In this document: positions 53,165-63,241 of the stretch, piece after piece
Layout: the number at the start of each line of letters is the position of its first letter
Position numbering within the stretch: position 1 is the first letter of the stretch
From: an uncultured delta proteobacterium
GTDB taxonomy: Bacteria; Desulfobacterota; Desulfobacteria; Desulfobacterales; Desulfatirhabdiaceae
Direction: 5' to 3'
Length of the DNA stretch: 64,000 nucleotides
NCBI GenBank assembly: GCA_963789395.1
Contig: CAWBKP010000020.1
Span: 128,001 to 192,000 of the forward strand
The notes under the pieces: generated by a model
Database searches by the model: none
The model's input: only the letters and a program-made list of their open reading frames with translations
What the model was told of the DNA's origin: nothing
Program-made: the position numbers and the translations under genes

Positions 53165-55117
53165 TTGAAAGCATATAGATATATTGCACTGTTTGTTATC
53201 GGAATTTTAGCGATTTGGCTGAACGGCTGCGCGCATCAGATGCAGGGGGGGGCGTCTGCACAAAATGGCGCATCAGGTGCTGACGCATCCAATCTTTCAT
53301 GCGATCCCAAAAAAACCACGGCTTCCAGCCACCGGTCGCCGGCCTCTTATCGCATCTCTGAAGATGCCGAACTAGACGGCTTGGCCGATAACGATGCTGA
53401 AAACGACGACAACCAAGGGGATCGCATCAATTTCGGCATCAAAAATCAGAATATTCTGGATGAAGCCCTGGACTACTGCCGGTTGGCTCAGGATTACTGG
53501 CTGAAAGGCCAGCTTGAAAATGCCCTTGCGGCGCTGGATCAGGCGTACGCCCTGATTATCAAGGTGGACACCTATAACCGGCCCCGGCTCATTCAGCAGA
53601 AAGAAGACCTTCGGTATCTGATTACCCGCCGCATTCAGGATATATACGGGTCTCGGAACGTGGTTGCAAAAGGCAGCATCAATGCCATTCCCATGGTCAT
53701 GAATGATTATGTGAAGGCGGAAATCGCATCCCTGACAGGATGCGAAAAGGATTTTTTCATCAATGCCTATCAGCGATCCGGACGTTACCGGCAATATATT
53801 GAGGCGGAACTGGCCAAGGAAGGGCTCCCGCTGGAACTGGCATGGCTGCCGCTGATAGAAAGCGGCTATAACGTCAAGGCGTTGTCGCCGGCCAGGGCTC
53901 TGGGCTTATGGCAGTTCATTCCTTCAACCGGATATCGGTTCGGTCTATCCCGGGACAAATATGTGGATGAACGGCTGGATCCGTATAAATCCACAAAAGC
54001 GGCGATTCTGTATCTGAAGGAACTTCACCATCTTTTCGGCGACTGGGAAACGGTTCTGGCTGCCTATAACTGCGGGGAAGGCCGGGTGCTTCGGACCATT
54101 AACACACAAAGCATCAATTATCTGGATAATTTCTGGGACCTTTATGAAAAACTGCCCCGCGAGACCGCCCGGTATGTCCCCCGGTTTCAGGCCACCCTTT
54201 ATATCCTTCAAAACCCGAAGCAGTTCGGCCTGACGGATATCCAGCCGGAACCCCCGCTTGAATTTGATACTGTTCCGGTTTCCCGTCAACTGAACATCAA
54301 AAGCATTGCCGATACGACCGGAATCATGGAGTCCACCCTCAAACAGCTGAATCCTGAACTGCGATATGGTATTACCCCCGGTGACAATTACCCGTTTAAA
54401 ATTCCGCTGGGCATATCCTCTGACATGGTGTTAACCCAGCTGGACGAAATCCAAGAATCCAATGGTCCGCCGGCTGAAGCTGCTGAGCAGGAGAAGGTGG
54501 CTTCTCATCAGGAGAAAGGGGCTTCTCATCAGGATAAACTGGCGTCTCACACGGTAAAACGCGGAGAAACGCTGTCATCATTGGCCAAAAAGTATAAAAC
54601 CAGTCAAAAAAGCATTCTTCAGGCCAATAAATTAAAAAAAGCCTCGCTAATCAAAACCGGCATGGTGCTACTGATTCCCCAGAAGGAGCCATCCTCTCCT
54701 GCTAAGGCTTCTGCTTCGGTTGCCAAGGCGCCGTCTCCTCCGGCAAAGGATAGCGCTTCCTCGGCAAAACAGGCAGCAGGCAAGAAATCTGAACCGGTTC
54801 GTTCGGTCACCTATGTGGTCAAAAGCGGCGATTCGCTTTACAATATTGCCAACCGCTACGGGGTCACAACAAAAAAAATTCAGGAAGTCAACAAGCTTAC
54901 TTCCTTTCATATCGATGTCGGCCAGAATCTTACCATTCCGGAGCCGACCAAAACCGCGGCCGTCGATACCGGCTTGAAGAAGTACATGGTAAAGAAAGGT
55001 GAAAGCGCCTTTTCCATCTCCTCGAATCACAATATGCCGATTGATCGTTTTCTGAGCATCAACAATTTGTCTTCGGGGAGTAAAATTTTTCCGGGCCAGA
55101 GGGTTTATGTGGAATAG
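53165..55117 (+). CDS. mltD: Lytic murein transglycosylase MltD-like lipoprotein with LysM repeats
   Basis: Lipobox LNGC; PLIESGY, ALGLWQFI, LAAYNCGEG, ETARYVP; three C-terminal LysM domains. Confidence 0.88.
   Translation: MKAYRYIALFVIGILAIWLNGCAHQMQGGASAQNGASGADASNLSCDPKKTTASSHRSPASYRISEDAELDGLADNDAENDDNQGDRINFGIKNQNILDEALDYCRLAQDYWLKGQLENALAALDQAYALIIKVDTYNRPRLIQQKEDLRYLITRRIQDIYGSRNVVAKGSINAIPMVMNDYVKAEIASLTGCEKDFFINAYQRSGRYRQYIEAELAKEGLPLELAWLPLIESGYNVKALSPARALGLWQFIPSTGYRFGLSRDKYVDERLDPYKSTKAAILYLKELHHLFGDWETVLAAYNCGEGRVLRTINTQSINYLDNFWDLYEKLPRETARYVPRFQATLYILQNPKQFGLTDIQPEPPLEFDTVPVSRQLNIKSIADTTGIMESTLKQLNPELRYGITPGDNYPFKIPLGISSDMVLTQLDEIQESNGPPAEAAEQEKVASHQEKGASHQDKLASHTVKRGETLSSLAKKYKTSQKSILQANKLKKASLIKTGMVLLIPQKEPSSPAKASASVAKAPSPPAKDSASSAKQAAGKKSEPVRSVTYVVKSGDSLYNIANRYGVTTKKIQEVNKLTSFHIDVGQNLTIPEPTKTAAVDTGLKKYMVKKGESAFSISSNHNMPIDRFLSINNLSSGSKIFPGQRVYVE
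54488..54550 (+). repeat. Imperfect 21-bp tandem repeat, 3 copies, in the mltD linker
   Basis: Encodes QEKVASH-QEKGASH-QDKLASH. Confidence 0.75.
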
Positions 55118-55164
55118 AAGATTGGAATAAATGCTCAGGACGCTTTCAAATATAAGGATGTTGC

Positions 55165-55578
55165 ATGTCTGAAATGCCCAGCGTGTTGATTGTGGACGAT
55201 GAAGACGGGTTCCGGTCGGTTTTGGTTAGAAGGCTTCAGAACAGAGGCATTCAGGCTTTTGGTGCCGGCCGGGGAGAAGATGCCCTGGATTTTCTGCTGA
55301 CCCGGAACGTTGATGTGGTGCTTCTTGACATAAAAATGCCGGGAATGAGCGGTGTGGAAGTACTCCGGAAAATGCGGGAACAGGGATGCAAAGCGGAGGT
55401 CATTATTTTATCCGGCCATGTGTTACTGGATACTGCCGTTGAAATCATGGATTTTGGGGTAAATGATTATCTGTTGAAGCCCTGCGACACCGAGGAACTG
55501 ATGGATCGCATCACCCTGGCGCACGAGCGGAAAACGGAACGGGAAGGAAAAAAAGTAAACGGCAGGCAGAAACCTTAA
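55165..55578 (+). CDS. Single-domain response regulator
   Basis: IVDDE, LLDIKMPG, YLLKP. Confidence 0.92.
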   Translation: MSEMPSVLIVDDEDGFRSVLVRRLQNRGIQAFGAGRGEDALDFLLTRNVDVVLLDIKMPGMSGVEVLRKMREQGCKAEVIILSGHVLLDTAVEIMDFGVNDYLLKPCDTEELMDRITLAHERKTEREGKKVNGRQKP

Positions 55579-55624
55579 TCAGGCCCCTGTTTTTCGTCTG
55601 TTATCGTTGTTCTTGTATAAGCCG

Positions 55625-58231
55625 TCACGATCCCGGTTTTTGTTCCAAGCTGTAGTCTCCCTTTAAAAAAGATTCCGCCAGGTGGTTGACGGCGGCTTCA
55701 GTCGTCATCAGCATATCCATCTGCCGCGTAAAAAGCAGCAGGCGTCCGATATAATCCAGTTTTTCTTCAATGACCGCCGGCTGTTCCTTTGCAAATCGTG
55801 CCGTCACCCTGTCCCCTTGCGATTCCACAAGAAAACCCAGTGCGCCCAGTATTTTTTCGATGGATCGTACCCGTCGATTCTTGCGGACATCATCCGCAGC
55901 GCCCCCTTTGAACTGGAAATTAATGTAATTTTTTGTAGGTGTCTTTCCGCAGTAAGTATCCAGGATGCTGTAATGGTATCCCACGCGCGAGCTGAAGTTC
56001 AGGTATTTATCCGAAAGAATGGCGTAGCTTTTATCGCCGAACCGTTCGGTATGCCGGTTCGGGGGAGCGAGCATCTGCTGGCTCATTACGGAAAACAGTC
56101 CCTTCAGCTCTATTGGGCGGGGTTCCATGGCCTTCAAATCCTGTCGAAGCATTCCCCTGAGCAGCGCGTTGAAGGGAACGGATGTGATTTGATCCACGGT
56201 AACCGTTGATGACTGAAATGCGTCTTCCGACATGCCATTGCCAAGATCGATGACATACAGATCCAGCGGCAGCGGGGCTTTGAGACGAACCGACATGCTG
56301 CCGCGGTCCGATGCCATATCGCTGATCTGGAATACTTCGCCATATGATTTTTCATGAATATACCGCATGATGTCATGAATGGTTTTACAGTTTTCCGGTA
56401 CAAACTGGGGAGATTTCGGATCGATCAAATTGAGGGGAAGAATCAGATCGGCCCGCTTTCGCAGCAGGTTATGCACCGGCGTATCCTTCATGAACCATTT
56501 TTTTTCAATCCGCATTTCAAGCAGTTTCTCCACTTTTCCTTCATAAACCCTTCCGGAATAAGCATCCACTGTAATCATTGCGCCGTTCTCAATGACGGTT
56601 GTGGCTGTTTTCGCATTTAAGAGCGCCGGCACCTTGAATTCCCGGGCAAGAGAGGCCATGTGTCCCGTAATGCTCCCAAAATCGGTTACCAGAGCCTGCG
56701 CTTTCTGCATTACCAGAACATACTGGGGATATGAGTAGGCGGCAATCAAAATGCCGCCATCCGGAAACGCCATCAGGTCGGCTTCCGAGCGAACGTGGCA
56801 AGCCGGTCCGTAGCCGACTCCCGGGCTGGCGATACTCCCGCCCTCCAGAAGTACGGAAAAGCCGGGTAAGGGCTCGGCAGACGTCAAGTCTGCTTCTGCA
56901 CCGGACTGGTTTCTTTTTAACGGCCGGGATTGAAGAATCAGAATCTGCCCGTTGGCATCTATGGCCCATTCGATATCCTGGGGACACTGAAAATGGCGTT
57001 CAAGGCGCATGGCATGGGAGGCCAGCAGCGCAGCCTGCTCCTTTGTCAAACAGGGCTGATTCCGGAGGGCTTCATCGACAGGCTCTTCTGCAAGATATCC
57101 CTCTTTTCCCGAGACCAATTTTACAGATTTGCAGGATATCTTCATGTCCAGAATTTGGGGCGGGTCACTTTTTGAAAGTGTATAGGAATCCGGGGTGATG
57201 ACGCCATCCACCACATACGGCCCGAGCCCCCAGACAGTCTGGATGATGATATTGTCATCATGCATGTTGAAGGGATGGCTGCTGTACATGACGCCGCTGA
57301 CGCTGGCGGGAACCATTTCCAGGCACGCCACGCTCATGGCCGCATCTTCAAACGGAATGCCCATGTGCTGACGATATGAAATGGCTCTTGCGGTAAACAG
57401 GCTTGCGACGATGCGTTTGTATTCCTGAATAATATTTTTTTCAGGGACATTCAGAACGGAAAGATATTGTCCGGCAAAAGACATCTCGCTGTCTTCTCCG
57501 ATGGCGCTGCTGCGCAAGGCGACCAAAACCGGTTCCTCCCCTGTTCCGACAGGATCGAAAACCTGATGATAGGCATCCAGAATCGCAGCTTCGATGTCTT
57601 CCGGAAGGTCTGCCTGGGTCAGCAGTTGCTGGATGGCTTCGCTGACACTGACAATGGTTTCCGGGGCAATGATATCCAGTTCCATCTTTCGCTTTCGAAT
57701 TTCCTCAACCAGTCCCTTGGACCGAAGAAACCCTTCAAAAGCTGCCGTGGTTATCGCAAAGCCCCTGGGAATGGGCAGGTGAACAAGGTTTGAAATCTCT
57801 CCCAGATTGGCGCTTTTGCCTCCGACAGACTCGGTCATTTCTTTTGTGATGCGGTCATAGGGTAAAATGTATTGGGAAATTTTCGATGCAGGTTGAATTT
57901 CCTGTTCCTGCTGGATGGTTTGATGAATCTGATCCAGGACAGCCGACAGTGCGGGTGATGGACGACCGGAGAGGCTGTCAAAGCTGCGGATCATTCTACC
58001 GGCATGAAACAGCGCGCGCAGTGTCTGTGAACGGACAAATGACATGCCGAATACGGTTTCGCCGCGAAGCTTTTCCTCAATTTCCGAAATAATTTTCAAC
58101 AACTCTGAATTTGAGTCCAGTAGAATCTTGAAGTTGACATATTTGGTACGGAAAATAGCCTGAATGTCATCCCGGGAAAGTTGTGTTTTCCGCTTTGGTT
58201 GAAACAACGATTTAATTTTGCCAAGCAGCAT
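55625..58231 (-). CDS. PEP-synthase-like dikinase (ATP-grasp plus phospho-His domain) with non-canonical C-terminal domain
   Basis: VGGKSANLGE, LRSSAIGED..SFAGQY, WGLG..VVDG, PQDIEWA, LQSRP, GSITGHMASLAREF; no PEP-binding barrel. Confidence 0.88.
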   Translation of the reverse strand: MLLGKIKSLFQPKRKTQLSRDDIQAIFRTKYVNFKILLDSNSELLKIISEIEEKLRGETVFGMSFVRSQTLRALFHAGRMIRSFDSLSGRPSPALSAVLDQIHQTIQQEQEIQPASKISQYILPYDRITKEMTESVGGKSANLGEISNLVHLPIPRGFAITTAAFEGFLRSKGLVEEIRKRKMELDIIAPETIVSVSEAIQQLLTQADLPEDIEAAILDAYHQVFDPVGTGEEPVLVALRSSAIGEDSEMSFAGQYLSVLNVPEKNIIQEYKRIVASLFTARAISYRQHMGIPFEDAAMSVACLEMVPASVSGVMYSSHPFNMHDDNIIIQTVWGLGPYVVDGVITPDSYTLSKSDPPQILDMKISCKSVKLVSGKEGYLAEEPVDEALRNQPCLTKEQAALLASHAMRLERHFQCPQDIEWAIDANGQILILQSRPLKRNQSGAEADLTSAEPLPGFSVLLEGGSIASPGVGYGPACHVRSEADLMAFPDGGILIAAYSYPQYVLVMQKAQALVTDFGSITGHMASLAREFKVPALLNAKTATTVIENGAMITVDAYSGRVYEGKVEKLLEMRIEKKWFMKDTPVHNLLRKRADLILPLNLIDPKSPQFVPENCKTIHDIMRYIHEKSYGEVFQISDMASDRGSMSVRLKAPLPLDLYVIDLGNGMSEDAFQSSTVTVDQITSVPFNALLRGMLRQDLKAMEPRPIELKGLFSVMSQQMLAPPNRHTERFGDKSYAILSDKYLNFSSRVGYHYSILDTYCGKTPTKNYINFQFKGGAADDVRKNRRVRSIEKILGALGFLVESQGDRVTARFAKEQPAVIEEKLDYIGRLLLFTRQMDMLMTTEAAVNHLAESFLKGDYSLEQKPGS

Positions 58232-58355
58232 AGAACCTCTTTTTCCAAAAAGAATGATGTTAGAGGAGGGTGATATGGTGGAACCGTTTCCGCTGGTGAA
58301 ATTGAGCGAATACCATAAAAATATGTATTGCAGATATGCAATTATTTAACCAGAG

Positions 58356-58370
58356 GCAAGTTGCATGCCT
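58356..58370 (-). promoter_or_regulatory. Sigma54 -24/-12 promoter for the PEP-synthase-like gene
   Basis: Minus strand AGGCATGCAACTTGC (GG-N10-GC), about 125 bp upstream of the ATG. Confidence 0.65.
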
Positions 58371-58518
58371 TCAGCGAAACATCTGATTGCGCGACAGAAA
58401 GTTATTAGGGGATAAATATATCAAATATATCAGAAGTATATTTAGGAAATCGCGACGCATGGGATGCGGATGCCGACGGATTGCTCCCGCGTGATATGGC
58501 AACAAGCTTGCGCATAAA

Positions 58519-61011
58519 TCAGCTATATTTTGCGGGATAATATCGTGTTGCCGGTCCATTTCCGGACTTTATCAAAAACCCTTTTTTCACCAGATCCTGC
58601 AGATCGTACTGGGCTGTTCGGATCGGCAGGTCTTCTCCGATAAGTTGCTGGTAATCCTGGCGGGAAATGCCGCCTTTTTGAAAAATCGCCGGAAACGCTT
58701 TTTGCTGTCTTTTGCTCAAATTCTGAAGAGTGGTATGAGAGGGTTCCCGTGAGCGGCCGTGCCCATCGACTTTGTGTGGAAAGAGGGGCGTTTCCATCAG
58801 GGTAATCGGCAGTTCCCCGGAAGCCTCTTCGAGGCGAATGTCTTCGGTTTGAATCACATCCGATTCCACCATGGCCACAGCCCGGGTAATACAATTTTTC
58901 AGTTCCCGGACATTGCCCGGCCAATTGTAATTTTTTAGCCGTTCCAGAGCTCCCCTGCTTAACCCGATGTTCTCTTTGTGCATTCTGCTGGATGCTTCCT
59001 TGATGAAGCAATCTACCAGGGCCGGAATATCCTCTCTGTGCTCCCGCAGCGGTGGCGTGGTGATGGAAATGACCTTCAGACGATAATAGAGGTCTTCCCG
59101 GAAAATGCCCCGATCAATCAGGGATTTCAGGTCTTCGTTGGTGGCGGATATCAGCCGCACGTCAAAGTCGATTTCCGTGTCAGAACCCAAAGGTTTCACT
59201 TTTTGCGCTGAAAGCGTTCGAAGCAGGGCCTTCTGAACTTTGGGGGATGCGTTGCCGATTTCATCCAGAAAGAGCGTTCCCTTGTTGGCGGCCAGGAATG
59301 CGCCTTTTCGATCGGCTTTGGCATCAGAAAAAGCGCCGGTGACATGTCCGAAAAGCGCATCCAGAAGCAGGTTCTCATCCAGAGCGCCGCAATTGATGGT
59401 TATGAACGGTTCGTTTCTCCTTGAACTGTTATGGTGAATGGCTTCCGATGTCAATTGCTTTCCGGTTCCGGTTTCGCCGGTGATTAACACGTCTGCTGTG
59501 ATGCTTGCGGCTTTCAAAATTTCGGATTTCAGTGATTCGAGCATGGGGCTGTATCCGACCAGATCATTGAATATCGCCTGGGGAGAGGATGGTGAAAAAG
59601 TTGTTTCTTCATCAAGCCTGATCTTCTCGCGTTGCCCCGCGATCTGGATGTGTCTGTCCTTGCGCTTGATTTCCTCGAGTTGATTGGCCATCGTTGCAAT
59701 CATGGTATTGATCGCGTTTTTCAGCTGCGTCGTTTCCTGATCCAAATCCGGAGCATGGATTTCTTCAAGGGGCTGTAAGGGGTCGATTCCGGAAACCGAT
59801 TTTGCCAGATCCAGTATGGGGCGGGTGATTTTGCGATTGACGGCGTAAATGACGGCGGTAATGACGATGACGGTCAGAATCGTCAGGACAAACAATATGT
59901 CATATTGGCGGATCTGGGCAGCCAGGGTCAGCCTGGTCCTGTCCAGATAGGCAAGACCCAGAATCGTCTCCTTGCCGGACCGGGCATCGGATTGGAATCG
60001 GATGGGCGTATAGGATAGATAATAATTGTCGGTAAGGGAATGGGTCAGACTGCCTTTTTCATTGACGGTGATTGCCCCGTGATTACCGGCTTGAACGTCA
60101 ACAACCATTTTCCAGAAGGATTCATGTTCCGGATCGGGCCGGAATGCAGTATCAAACCCCGGTTTGCCTATGGTCCCAGTTATACCGGAACGGATTTTCG
60201 AGGTAGAAAGTACGGCGCCTTTTTCCCCAAGGTTTTCAGATTGAAACAGCATCCAGCCATGGCGATCGAAAATGTAGGAGTAACGGAGTTCAGGCGTGCG
60301 GGCAAATGCATAAAGTGGCGACTCGGAGGAATTGAACAGGGAGAGGATATTTCTCAGGTGATGGACATCCAGACCCAAAAGAAGGAACCCATCGGTCTGG
60401 CCATCAGGACTCAGGCAGGGAACAGCCATCCGCAGAACAACGGTGGAAAGAGCATGTCCATTATTATCGAGAGGCAGCGGGTAATAGGTTTCGGCGATAT
60501 CTGACAGATAAAACTGGCCGGAAGTCAGGGGCCGAATGTGCTCAAAGATCACCAGAGGGTTGGGTTTGACCTCGGAGAGCTGATCCGGGCGTAGCTCCAG
60601 GACAGAGGGCCCGACATTCAGGAGAAAATATCTCCGGGTGGTGTCGGCTCCGATATAGGCAAGTTCCCGATAAAAATTCCCTCCGGCCTGCTTATGAATG
60701 GTTAAAAACTGCTTCAACTCATTTTTACTGGCCGGCAACTGCGACAGGGTTGTCAGATCGATCCGGGCTCTTTCCAGCAGACTCTCGATTTCATGACCCT
60801 GGGCAAGGCATTGCAGCCGGGAGGAGCGTTCCAGCGCCATGTTCAGAAATCTGGATGAGAACCAGTTGGAGACAAATCCGGTGAGCAGAATAATGAAGAT
60901 CACGGGAGGCAGGATGGAAAAAAGAAGTTTTTTCCGAATGCTCCAGCTTGCAAATTTTTCAGAAAGCAGGGATGCACTGGAGGAAAAAGACTCCCTGAAA
61001 AACAATCGCAT
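58519..61011 (-). CDS. Membrane-anchored sigma54 enhancer-binding protein (TM, extracytoplasmic Cache-like sensor, TM, HAMP, AAA+, winged HTH)
   Basis: Two TM segments; GETGTGKQ, LFGHVTGAFSDA, FLDEIG, FREDLYYRL, WPGNVREL; C-terminal RTAQYDLQDLVKKG. Confidence 0.88.
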   Translation of the reverse strand: MRLFFRESFSSSASLLSEKFASWSIRKKLLFSILPPVIFIILLTGFVSNWFSSRFLNMALERSSRLQCLAQGHEIESLLERARIDLTTLSQLPASKNELKQFLTIHKQAGGNFYRELAYIGADTTRRYFLLNVGPSVLELRPDQLSEVKPNPLVIFEHIRPLTSGQFYLSDIAETYYPLPLDNNGHALSTVVLRMAVPCLSPDGQTDGFLLLGLDVHHLRNILSLFNSSESPLYAFARTPELRYSYIFDRHGWMLFQSENLGEKGAVLSTSKIRSGITGTIGKPGFDTAFRPDPEHESFWKMVVDVQAGNHGAITVNEKGSLTHSLTDNYYLSYTPIRFQSDARSGKETILGLAYLDRTRLTLAAQIRQYDILFVLTILTVIVITAVIYAVNRKITRPILDLAKSVSGIDPLQPLEEIHAPDLDQETTQLKNAINTMIATMANQLEEIKRKDRHIQIAGQREKIRLDEETTFSPSSPQAIFNDLVGYSPMLESLKSEILKAASITADVLITGETGTGKQLTSEAIHHNSSRRNEPFITINCGALDENLLLDALFGHVTGAFSDAKADRKGAFLAANKGTLFLDEIGNASPKVQKALLRTLSAQKVKPLGSDTEIDFDVRLISATNEDLKSLIDRGIFREDLYYRLKVISITTPPLREHREDIPALVDCFIKEASSRMHKENIGLSRGALERLKNYNWPGNVRELKNCITRAVAMVESDVIQTEDIRLEEASGELPITLMETPLFPHKVDGHGRSREPSHTTLQNLSKRQQKAFPAIFQKGGISRQDYQQLIGEDLPIRTAQYDLQDLVKKGFLIKSGNGPATRYYPAKYS

Positions 61012-61230
61012 CGGTTCCCCCTCTCTTTAGCGCAAGACAATCACGCAGAGTTCACTATCAACCCGGATAACGCGCAATACATTAACCAAGGTTTGCGCAA
61101 AAAACAAGCGCTATTTTCGAAATTAAAAGTTTCGCTATGAAAAATATAAAAGTTATCAAGGATATAAATTGCAATTATATTGATATATTAAAAATTAGTA
61201 TGGACGCATTGCAGGATAAGTATACTGTCG

Positions 61231-61245
61231 TGGTACGGATGTTGC
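61231..61245 (+). promoter_or_regulatory. Sigma54 -24/-12 promoter for the USP-TauE operon
   Basis: TGGTACGGATGTTGC (GG-N10-GC), preceded by a very AT-rich tract. Confidence 0.75.
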
Positions 61246-61336
61246 TTTTATCCGGACAAAACATAATACGCAATTCCAAAAATAACGGGAAGAATATCGA
61301 AAATTTGTATCTAAACATTTTAAAAGGAGGTGACAC

Positions 61337-61747
61337 ATGAAAATTTTGATGGCATTGGACGATTCAGAGCAGTCTTTTAAGGCGTTGGACAAAGCAGTGG
61401 ATATGGCTCAAAAAGAAAAGGCCGAATTGATACTGATGACGGTGTATCCGGATTTTCCGGAAGACGAAGGCGGATTGCGGAAGGTAAGTGGGTCGCTGGT
61501 GCAGATGTCTGAAAAAACGGTTACAAAGGGAAGGTTGATAGCCGAAAAAGCAGGCATTGCCGCCTCAACTGTTATCGAGGGAGGATTTTCCGCAGCGGAT
61601 AATATCGTTCAACACGCCGAAAAGAATAATATTGATTTGATCGTTCTGGGGCATAAGAGCAAAAGCGGCCTGGAAAGACTTCTGATGGGCAGCGTGGCCG
61701 GAAAAGTCGTAACCTATGCGCCGTGTTCGGTTCTGGTCGTTCGGTAA
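61337..61747 (+). CDS. Universal stress protein (UspA family)
   Basis: KILMALDDSEQS, DLIVLG, LLMGSVAGKV..APCSVLVVR. Confidence 0.93.
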   Translation: MKILMALDDSEQSFKALDKAVDMAQKEKAELILMTVYPDFPEDEGGLRKVSGSLVQMSEKTVTKGRLIAEKAGIAASTVIEGGFSAADNIVQHAEKNNIDLIVLGHKSKSGLERLLMGSVAGKVVTYAPCSVLVVR

Positions 61748-61790
61748 GTTCAGCCCATGATATTCACATTATTATTGGAGGAGATTTCAC

Positions 61791-62112
61791 ATGAAGAAGT
61801 TTTTTTAAAAAAATACACAGGCACATGGCATCGCTTGTTATAAGCGCAACCAGTTTGGTTCTGTTGCTGCCGGCCCTGGCTATGGCTGCCGGCGGGGGTA
61901 AGATTGACATCATGGTCATTGTGGCCGACACCCGCGGGTTGCCGGCATTTGAAGCCTGGTGGGCCAATCTATACAACGAAAGCCATTTCTATTTCACCGT
62001 GGTCACCGTCATTCTGATTCCGATCATCGGTGTTATTTTCGGCACGATTGCCGATTTTTTTATGAAATTTCTGGGTCTGGATCTGGAGCACAGAGAACTG
62101 GCCGAACATTGA
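61791..62112 (+). CDS. Small membrane protein, DVU0150-like; likely start 61791 with one extra T in a T7 run
   Basis: GGAGGAG RBS before ATG 61791; removing one T gives MKKFFKKIHRHMASL; motif IVADTR..WWANLYNESH..GLDLEHRELAEH. Confidence 0.75.
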
Positions 62113-62145
62113 TCCTGCAATTTAACGGTTTAAGGAGGGGATAGC

Positions 62146-63200
62146 ATGGAATGGTTATATGTATTGATGCCCATAGCAGGCGTTAAAATATTCTGGCCGG
62201 GTCTGATCATTCTCGGTGTAGGCGTTGGCGTAATCGGCGGATTTTTTGGCATGGGCGGGGCGTGGATGGTAACCCCCGGCCTGAACATTCTCGGGTTTCC
62301 CATGGCATTTGCCATCGGTACGGACATCGCGCACATGGCCGGAAAATCCCTGATTTCCACCATGCGACACGGCAAATTCGGCAATGTCGATTACAAGCTC
62401 GGCTGTATCATGATCGTGGGAACGGTCGCAGGGTTTGAGATCGGCGCTCAGATGGTCATGTGGATGGAGCGACTGGGAAATGTCGAGAAAGTGGTGCGAT
62501 ATATTTACCTGGTGCTGCTGGTCCTGATCGCATGGACGGTTTTTGCCGATGTGGTAAAGAAAATGAATAAAGACCGTGCGGCAGTAAAGGCAGGAAAAGA
62601 AGTCGATGCCCTGAGCACCGGTATTGAATGGCACAAGACCCTTCATAAAATGAAAATCCCGCCCATGGTGCATTTACATGTCGCGGGTATCTATTGCTCG
62701 GCCTGGCTGCCGATTGGTGTGAGTTTTCTGACCGGCTGGCTGGCTGGGATTCTGGGCATCGGCGGCGGTCTCATCCGGATGCCGGCCCTGATCTATCTGC
62801 TTGGCTGCCCCACGCACGTTGCGGTTGGAACCGACCTGTTTGAGGTGATGATATCCGGTCTTTACGGTGCGGCCACATACACGTTCAAAGGAAGAACCGA
62901 ACTGGTGGCGGCCATCATCATGCTCATGGGTGCGGCAATCGGCGCGCAGATCGGCTCCGTGGCCACCAAATACATCAAGGGTTACGGTATCCGCATTGCC
63001 TTTGGTTGGCGGTTATCGGCTGCGCGCTTTCCATTCTGCTGAAGTTTATCGGCAAATGGTATCCGGCTTATGCCACACTGATGGACAACTCGGCAACAGC
63101 GCTGATTCTGGGCCTGGTTTCCGCCCTGTCACTGTATATCATTCTGGCATTCATCAAAGGCGCCAAGGCTGAAATTGCCGCGAAAAAGGCAAGAGCCTGA
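62146..63200 (+). CDS. TauE/SafE-family (sulfite-exporter-like) permease; frameshift near 63008
   Basis: GGFFGMGGAWMVTPGL, AIGTD, GILGIGGGLIRMP, AVGTDLF; C-terminus continues in ORF 63006..63200. Confidence 0.85.
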
Positions 63201-63241
63201 TTTGCAGAAACTCAAATCTAAATGCTACTCAAGGAGTCGAT

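Noticed and set aside
54488..54780. Tandem repeats as a CRISPR array or contingency locus
   Set aside because: In-frame, degenerate, spacer-less repeats encoding a low-complexity linker in MltD
61137..61340. AT-rich 67-aa ORF or foreign DNA upstream of USP
   Set aside because: It overlaps the sigma54 promoter and its AT-rich upstream tract, so it is better explained as regulatory DNA
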